Shown here: positions 47,390-50,549 of the stretch, piece by piece
Position numbering within the stretch: position 1 is the stretch's first letter
Layout of the letters: every line of letters starts with the position of its first letter
Assembly (NCBI GenBank): GCA_963577415.1
Contig: CAUYYU010000001.1
Location: 1-50,549, forward strand
Length of the DNA: 50,549 nt
Source: Chloroflexota bacterium
GTDB lineage: Bacteria > Chloroflexota > UBA11872 > VXNJ01
Reading direction: 5' to 3'
Notes under the pieces: generated by a model
Told to the model about the DNA's origin: nothing
Seen by the model: only the letters and a program-made list of their open reading frames with translations
Database searches by the model: none
Translations under genes and position numbers: made by a program

Positions 47390-48508
47390 ATGAAAATCGA
47401 ATCAGTCAGCGCGGAAATTCTGCGATTCGATCTGGATCGTCCCATGGCCGACGCCCAGGTGGACATCGCCGCCCGTACCACCGTGATTGTCCGCGTTCGC
47501 ACCAGCGATGGCGTCGAAGGGATCGGCGAGGCTGGCTGCTTCGGCGGCGCGGAGCACACCGTCAAGACGATCGTCGAAACCCAGCTCGCTCCCCTCCTCA
47601 TCGATGAGGATCACCGCCTGATCGAGCGCCTCTGGGAGAAGATGTACCGGGGCACTGTCCAGCTCGGCCGCCGCGGACTCATCATCGCCGCCATCTCCGG
47701 CGTGGACATCGCCCTCTGGGACGCCCTCGGCAAGGCTTCCGGGCTTCCCCTCTACCTGTTGCTCGGGGGCAACGCCCGCCGGGTCCCCGCCTACGCCAGC
47801 GGCGGCTTTTACATGGAAAACAAAGATGTGGAAGAGCTTCGGGCCGAGTTCGCCGGTTATCGCGAACTCGGTTATCGCGCCGGAAAAATGAAGATCGCCG
47901 GCGCCGCCTTCGCCGAAGATGTCTCCCGCGTTGGGGCCGTCCGCGATGCCATCGGGCCCGACGCCGACCTGATGATCGACGCCAACAATATGTACAGGCC
48001 CCGCGAGGCCGTGAGATTCGCCGCCGCCGTGGAAGACCTTGGCATCTTCTGGTATGAGGAGCCCGTGCGCACCGACGACCTGGCCGGCGCGGCCTTCGTC
48101 CGCGACCGTGTCTCCATGCCCGTGGCCGGCTACGAAACCGAAACGAGCCGCTGGGGATTCAAGGTTCTCATCGACGGCGGCGCCGTCGACATCGTCCAGG
48201 CCGACACTGTCTGGGCGGGCGGTGTCACCGAGTGCCGCCGCATCGCCGCCTATGCTTCCGCCTGCAACCTGCCCGTGGCTCCGCACAATTTCGCCAGCGC
48301 CATCTCCGGTTTCGCCAACCTGCACCTGCTGGCCTCCCTGCCCGACGCCATGTTCTTCGAGATGGACCAGAACCCCAATCCCCTGCGCACCGAGATCGTC
48401 ACCAACTGGCCCGTCATCGACGTCGAGGGATTCGTCACCGTTCCCGAAGGGCCCGGCCTTGGCATGGAGATAGACGAAGAAGCCGTATCTCGTTACCGGG
48501 TGGGGTAG
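47390..48508 (+). CDS. enolase-superfamily enzyme (mandelate racemase/muconate lactonizing family)
   Basis: GVDIALWD, KMKIAG, DANN, YEEP and QAD motifs. Confidence 0.9.
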   Translation: MKIESVSAEILRFDLDRPMADAQVDIAARTTVIVRVRTSDGVEGIGEAGCFGGAEHTVKTIVETQLAPLLIDEDHRLIERLWEKMYRGTVQLGRRGLIIAAISGVDIALWDALGKASGLPLYLLLGGNARRVPAYASGGFYMENKDVEELRAEFAGYRELGYRAGKMKIAGAAFAEDVSRVGAVRDAIGPDADLMIDANNMYRPREAVRFAAAVEDLGIFWYEEPVRTDDLAGAAFVRDRVSMPVAGYETETSRWGFKVLIDGGAVDIVQADTVWAGGVTECRRIAAYASACNLPVAPHNFASAISGFANLHLLASLPDAMFFEMDQNPNPLRTEIVTNWPVIDVEGFVTVPEGPGLGMEIDEEAVSRYRVG

Positions 48509-48516
48509 GGTAGGGC

Positions 48517-49290
48517 CTAGTCCGGCTCGCAATCCCGAAGAATTCGCAAGGACTGCGCCATCGCCGCCGCCGGATCGGGCAGGTTCACATGGCCTTCCAC
48601 CGCTACCGGCCCCTCATATGGCGAGGCCGCCACCGCCGCCAGGGTCTCGCGAATCGTCTCCGCGGTAAGCACTCCGTCGGTCAACGCCAGGTGCAGATCA
48701 CCTTTTCCGTCGTTGTCGTCGAAGTGCACGTAACCCAGCCGTTTGCCGCACGCCTCCACCGCCGCCGCCGGGTCTTCCCCTGCGATCACGCAGTGCCCAA
48801 CATCCAGCAGCACGTACAGCCCTGGATGCCCCGTTTCTGTAAGAAATTCGAGCATCGCCGCCACCGAAGGCAGGCCGCTGTTCGGAAACGGCTCGATGCA
48901 CATCCGCCGCCCCAGTCCGGTCGCCGCATCCGCCAGTCCGCCCATGGATTCGCGGAATCGCTTCCGGTTTTCCGGTCCTTCGGCGGGAGCCGCCACGTAG
49001 ACAAACTCCGCCCCCAGCCCCGCCGCCTCCCGCAGGCTCGCTTCCACCCGCGCCACCGCCTGCCTTCGGGCATCGTCATCGGCCGCTTCCAGCGCCACGC
49101 CTTCCGGAAACAGATGCCCGGCAGCCAGGCAGGTAACCGTCAAATTCGTATCGATCCGAGCCGCCCCCTCCAGCTCCGCATAACCCGGATCAACGTCCAC
49201 CGTGTCATAGCCCAGTTCCAGCATGCGGCCTGCTGCCGCCACCGGGTCTCCCGGCAGTCCCCACAGGCACGCCGCTATCCGCATCGCCAC
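48517..49290 (-). CDS. sugar phosphate isomerase/epimerase (xylose isomerase-like TIM barrel)
   Basis: 257 aa with CIEPFP, LLDVGH and HFDDNDG motifs. GTG 49290 or ATG 49284 start. Confidence 0.85.
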   Translation of the reverse strand: MAMRIAACLWGLPGDPVAAAGRMLELGYDTVDVDPGYAELEGAARIDTNLTVTCLAAGHLFPEGVALEAADDDARRQAVARVEASLREAAGLGAEFVYVAAPAEGPENRKRFRESMGGLADAATGLGRRMCIEPFPNSGLPSVAAMLEFLTETGHPGLYVLLDVGHCVIAGEDPAAAVEACGKRLGYVHFDDNDGKGDLHLALTDGVLTAETIRETLAAVAASPYEGPVAVEGHVNLPDPAAAMAQSLRILRDCEPD

Positions 49291-49588
49291 GTCCCCGGTG
49301 CCGGCCGACTCCCGGCGTGCTTGAATGCAGCGACATTATCCTTCAAATTCTCACCCGAATTGTTCACGGCTCAGCATCAACTCCCTCGATTTGCTCATGA
49401 ATGGCCCCTGAAAGTCAAAATTACCCTTAGAGGCAACAGCACGTTATGTGCTAACTATATGCGTGGCGTTTGACCTCTTCTCCTGATTCCCCTAACCGGT
49501 GGTCAGCGCCTACTGAGGCATCGGTCTGCGATACCCTTTACGGGCGTTCGGCTGGTGCCTCTCTCCGTTCCGGGGCGGTCATGGCCTT

Positions 49589-49650
49589 CTGAGCCAGAGT
49601 CGCCGGGATAGGCGCAAAACTCGCACCGAACCGCCACGTATCTGGCTCAG
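49589..49650. other. perfect 10-bp inverted repeat enclosing a 42-nt loop (candidate structured RNA or terminator)
   Basis: CTGAGCCAGA (49589-49598) pairs with TCTGGCTCAG (49641-49650). An inner GGCG...CGCC pairing is possible. It lies 20 nt downstream of the minus-strand zinc-ribbon ORF stop. Confidence 0.3.
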
Positions 49651-49669
49651 GAAGAATAAGGGCTTAGCC

Positions 49670-49846
49670 CTAGCAGCAGTCGTCCTTATAGCCGCAGTTC
49701 CGGCACACGCTCAGCGTGCCCCCGCGCAGATCCGGCATCGTGAATCCACAGGCCGGGCATGGCTGGATCGGCGGCGGTCGCCGTTCGCCGGCCGGCCGCA
49801 CACTCTTAACGTCCTGCTGCGGTCGCGGAACCGGCCGGTCGCTCAC
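49670..49846 (-). CDS. 58-aa Pro/Arg-rich zinc-ribbon peptide ending in DDCC (hypothetical)
   Basis: The GTG start overlaps the TGA stop of the upstream hydrolase-like gene (GTGA). Sequence: VSDRPVPRPQQDVKSVRPAGERRPPPIQPCPACGFTMPDLRGGTLSVCRNCGYKDDCC. Confidence 0.45.
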   Translation of the reverse strand: MSDRPVPRPQQDVKSVRPAGERRPPPIQPCPACGFTMPDLRGGTLSVCRNCGYKDDCC

Positions 49847-50549
49847 AGCCCCGCCGCCAACAGTCCGTAAAAATCGTCCTCCGCCGCCGCCAGCCGGCCG
49901 GTACGCTCGTGCAGGGCGAACGTCGTCCAGGAGTTGTTGTGGGCTTCCGCGTCGCCCACGAACCAGCACGCTCCCCGCAATGTTGGCAGCGACGCCACCA
50001 TCCGCGCCACCGCATTCAGCATCCAGCCCTGCGCATAGCTGTTCTCCGGCGCGTAAGTCGAATCCAGGCCGCGGGCGGCCGTGTTGTATTCCGTCACCCA
50101 GACGTCCATCGGGTCGATTCCGTACCGGGCTTCTATCGCCAGATTGACTTCCCGCCAGGTGTCCGCCACATTCATCTGCCAGCGATAGCCATGCGAATCG
50201 AGCGGCTCATCCCACGGCTCCATCCGCCCCCCGCCCCCGGCCGGATCGCCGTATACGTGTTCCGACCAGGCGTGCGGCATCCGGTTGCGCTCCCGCCCCA
50301 CCTCCACCATCATCGCCTTCGCCCGGTACGCCAGCCGCGCCCATGGCGAATCCTCCACTCCTTCCCGGCTCGGACCGTCCGGACCCAGCGGATTGAACGG
50401 CGCGATCGCCGGCGGCAGCCGGGGAGCGTTGGGATTGTGAATCGCCGCCGTCATCCAAAAATTGCGCGTGTCCTCCGGCGGCATTCCCCAGCCATTGAAT
50501 TCCCTCGCTAGCGTCTCCGCCGATGGCTCGCCCTCCAGCTGCGGCTCGT
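49843..50549 (-). CDS. putative TIM-barrel glycoside-hydrolase-like protein, 5'-truncated by the window edge
   Basis: The frame stays open to the window end. The VWVTEYN motif resembles a clan GH-A nucleophile region. Family not identified. Confidence 0.45.
   Translation of the reverse strand, partial: EPQLEGEPSAETLAREFNGWGMPPEDTRNFWMTAAIHNPNAPRLPPAIAPFNPLGPDGPSREGVEDSPWARLAYRAKAMMVEVGRERNRMPHAWSEHVYGDPAGGGGRMEPWDEPLDSHGYRWQMNVADTWREVNLAIEARYGIDPMDVWVTEYNTAARGLDSTYAPENSYAQGWMLNAVARMVASLPTLRGACWFVGDAEAHNNSWTTFALHERTGRLAAAEDDFYGLLAAGL

Noticed and set aside
1-50549. CRISPR arrays, rRNA or tRNA genes, and recognisable defence or toxin-antitoxin modules.
   Set aside because: I found no regularly spaced direct repeats and no conserved rRNA or tRNA sequence blocks. 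None of the ORF translations carry nuclease, ATPase or toxin signatures typical of known defence systems.

Overview
Visibly GC-rich (about two-thirds G+C by eye, not computed), densely coding bacterial chromosomal window with about 47 gene calls on both strands. I recognised no rRNA, tRNA, CRISPR array, transposase or integrase.

Housekeeping blocks: gatC-gatA-gatB; a pentose-phosphate/glycolysis operon (rpiB-tal-pgi-gnd-zwf) followed by a PHP phosphoesterase and a class I (DhnA-type) aldolase; moaB; def; an M16 peptidase; nagA; glpK; recF plus a DUF721 gene.

Accessory and catabolic content: two type I sulfatases, two enolase-superfamily dehydratase plus xylose-isomerase-like TIM-barrel pairs, three MFS transporters, two tandem family-5 solute-binding lipoproteins, a ROK kinase, a LarA-like protein, two NUDIX hydrolases and a Zn-dependent alcohol dehydrogenase. 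This mix resembles marine heterotrophs such as SAR202-type Chloroflexota, but that is inference only. There is also an envelope cluster of two GT-C membrane glycosyltransferases, a stand-alone NIL-domain protein and a NodB-type deacetylase.

I did not find a complete, defensible new multi-gene system such as a defence island. What stands out:
- Repeated small-scale gene decay and rearrangement: an in-frame TGA at a conserved Trp position in a sulfatase, an 8-bp tandem duplication that frameshifts the deacetylase 5' end, a WD40 lipoprotein with two flanking frame changes, duplicated 3'-end relics of an MFS gene and of glpK, and a decayed gene tail with an in-frame TAG.
- Two unusual small ORFs: a 76-aa D/E/R hexapeptide-repeat protein, and a 58-aa Pro/Arg-rich zinc-ribbon peptide ending in DDCC.
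- TAG is the most frequent stop codon among my calls.
- A 13-bp x3 tandem repeat and a structured AT-rich spacer in intergenic regions.

Many long antisense or alternate-frame ORFs in the supplied track are GC-driven artefacts.
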